Under the pieces are notes generated by a model. The model ran no database searches, was not told the DNA's origin, and was given only the letters and a program-made list of their open reading frames with translations. DNA of 63,955 nucleotides, the filler included, from Reticulomyxa filosa (taxonomy: Eukaryota > Protista > Foraminifera), in the NCBI GenBank assembly GCA_000512085.1. It is 16 parts of 16 records of this genome, joined end to end, with 100 filler letters (N's around TTAATTAATTAA, not from the genome) between each part and the next. Parts side by side here need not be neighbours in the genome. Positions count along the whole stretch, not along the records: positions 60,456 to 62,195 come from ASPP01048582.1; positions 62,296 to 63,955 come from ASPP01042571.1; 14 more parts are not named here. One strand, given 5' to 3'. The position numbers and the translations under genes are program-made. Shown piece by piece: positions 62,101 through 63,955 of this stretch; within the stretch, counting starts at the first letter, position 1; each line of letters opens with the position of its first letter.

Positions 62101-62692
62101 TAACATTTCAACATTTTTATTATTTTTTTTTTTTTAAAAAAAGTATGCGATAAGTGTAAGAGCACAAAAAGATAAAGGAAAAAAAAAAAAATTTTNNNNN
62201 NNNNNNNNNNNNNNNNNNNNNNNNNNNNNNNNNNNNNNNTTAATTAATTAANNNNNNNNNNNNNNNNNNNNNNNNNNNNNNNNNNNNNNNNNNNNTCATA
62301 CAATTCAAAATGGAGCATTTTATCGTCGTGATGAATCAATCAATCAAACTTATTTTCAATTATATCTTAATTCAACTGAACAAGTCCATTTTTGTCAATT
62401 TTATCAAACAAGGTTTCCCAAACTTATCACAAATATCAAATAAATTGATAAAAAATAGATTCAATTTTATTTTGATACAAATGTGTTTTATTGTGAAGTG
62501 ATTCCTTCGTTGTCTCCTATCTTTTACATTTTTTTTTGAATAAACTTGAACAAATCGTTTGAAATAAAATTTTCGTAAACTTTGGGACGAGGTGAATTTG
62601 TTTTTATTTGTTAAAAAGAAACATCGACAACTCCCCAGCAATTCTTATTGTTCACAAGAAATTTCAAAATGAAAGAATAACAAACACATCAA

Positions 62693-63955
62693 TTATTCCC
62701 AAATTTCAATTGTATTGCCAGAAGAAACTAAGAGTGTATTACCATTTGGAGAAATAACTATTTCTGTTATATCAGTGGTGATATCAAATATCTTTGTTTC
62801 ATATCCTGATTTTATATCACACAATAGAAGTGGACCCTCATAACATTCAACCAAAATTGCTTGAGAATTTGGAATATATTGCCAATCTGTTGTATATCTT
62901 CTTGTCAACACATTTTCTGATTCCAAGTTCAATTCCAAGTCCATTATTGTAATAGTACCATAGAGTAAATAAGCAAGAAATCTACCATCTGGAGATAATT
63001 TTGCTCTTAAGGTATCATTCATGTCTATTTCTTTCACTTTTTTACCCAATTTCATATCCCATAAACTAACTGTTCTGGTAGTTGAAAATGCAACTATTTG
63101 TCTATTCGGTGAATATTTCTCATTCTCATTATTTTTTTCTTCTAGTCTTTGAATTTGTTTTCCAGAATCCACATCCCAGAATCTAATATCATAATTATGT
63201 AAAATTGCAGCAATATGTTTACCATCTGAAGAAAATTGTATTTTTGTATAAGGTTCGATAATCCCTTCAAATCGCATCACTTTCTTTCCTGACTCTATAT
63301 CCCATGATTGCATTCCATTGTTTGTGTTCGATACAAAAGTACTTCCATCTGGTGAAAATACTATAAAATCTTTCATTTCATTACTTTTGTCGAAATTTTG
63401 AATTTTCTTACCTAATGCAATATCCCATATTTCAAATGTCCAATCACTTGCTATCAAATAAAACTTGCGACCATCTGCCGAAAATGCTAGCTTGCCAATA
63501 TCGTAAGATCCTCTTTTTAATACTTTCGATAATTTAAAACCTTTGGCCTATGTTAGTATGTTAACGTATCAACATGTGATTATATAATATATGAAATATG
63601 TTGATAATTTAACATATTTTGCAATTATTTTGTTAAATTCATAAATCCATCCTCTTTTAATTGTTGAAGACCGAACCCAATGTTCTACTATTAAATTTGC
63701 TTCTTGACTTGTCTATTTTTTAATTTGTTTAAAAAGTAAAAATATTTCATATTTATATATGTATATGTATATATTTTGTCCAGTTTACCGAATATAGTTT
63801 CTCTTGACGTCTCCAATACTTTTTTCTGCCTCTTTGACTCCAAAATAAAGCATCATCATCACCATAACTGTGATTACCATGACGATATCCCGTGTAACGA
63901 TTGTTGTTTTTATTATTGTGATATTTGTATTCTTGATGTTGATACACACTTTGTC
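62693..63955 (-). CDS. Divergent WD40-repeat protein, 3 exons (to 63789, 63712-63614, 63547-62693)
   Basis: Phase-0 introns. Exon 2 is TSQEANLIVEHWVRSSTIKRGWIYEFNKIIAKY, followed by FSPDG...WD repeats. The 5' end may lie beyond the window. Confidence 0.8.

Noticed and set aside
12387-62295. Recurring TTAATTAATTAA palindrome as a biological repeat or CRISPR-like array
   Set aside because: It is always embedded in exactly 44+44 N. It is a six-frame-stop linker added during contig concatenation.

Overview
This is AT-rich eukaryotic DNA, not one continuous locus. It is 16 short contigs joined by 15 artificial 100-bp spacers (44 N + TTAATTAATTAA + 44 N), so adjacency across spacers carries no information. 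Short GT-AG introns of about 60-120 bp, large WD40, Kelch and NACHT-HEAT families and dense pseudogenes suggest a rhizarian protist, most likely a foraminiferan such as Reticulomyxa (inference). The main finding is contig 1 (1-12386), which begins and ends with the same 10 bp. When joined end-to-start in frame, it encodes one protein of roughly 3,200 aa: two PB1-like modules, a TRAFAC P-loop GTPase, a long helical/coiled-coil stalk, a full SecA-type SF2 ATPase and a C-terminal vWA (MIDAS) domain. This implies a tandem array or a circular unit. Other highlights: an ankyrin protein with a CE-clan-like His-Asp-Gln-Cys protease core; a ~33-aa exon-encoded HWxR...GWxxxFxK...Y module shared between WD40 N-termini and Kelch C-termini; LAGG-MQ ubiquitin-tail/CUE-like paralogs; an RPA1 lacking most zinc-ribbon cysteines; and a structured GC-richer island. 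Housekeeping genes or relics include HSP90, aspartate carbamoyltransferase, TLDc, an M1 aminopeptidase, a GT60 GlcNAc-transferase, PH, 7TM and anoctamin-like genes. Tc1 and LINE relics are also present. All family calls are from motif recognition by eye; no searches were run.
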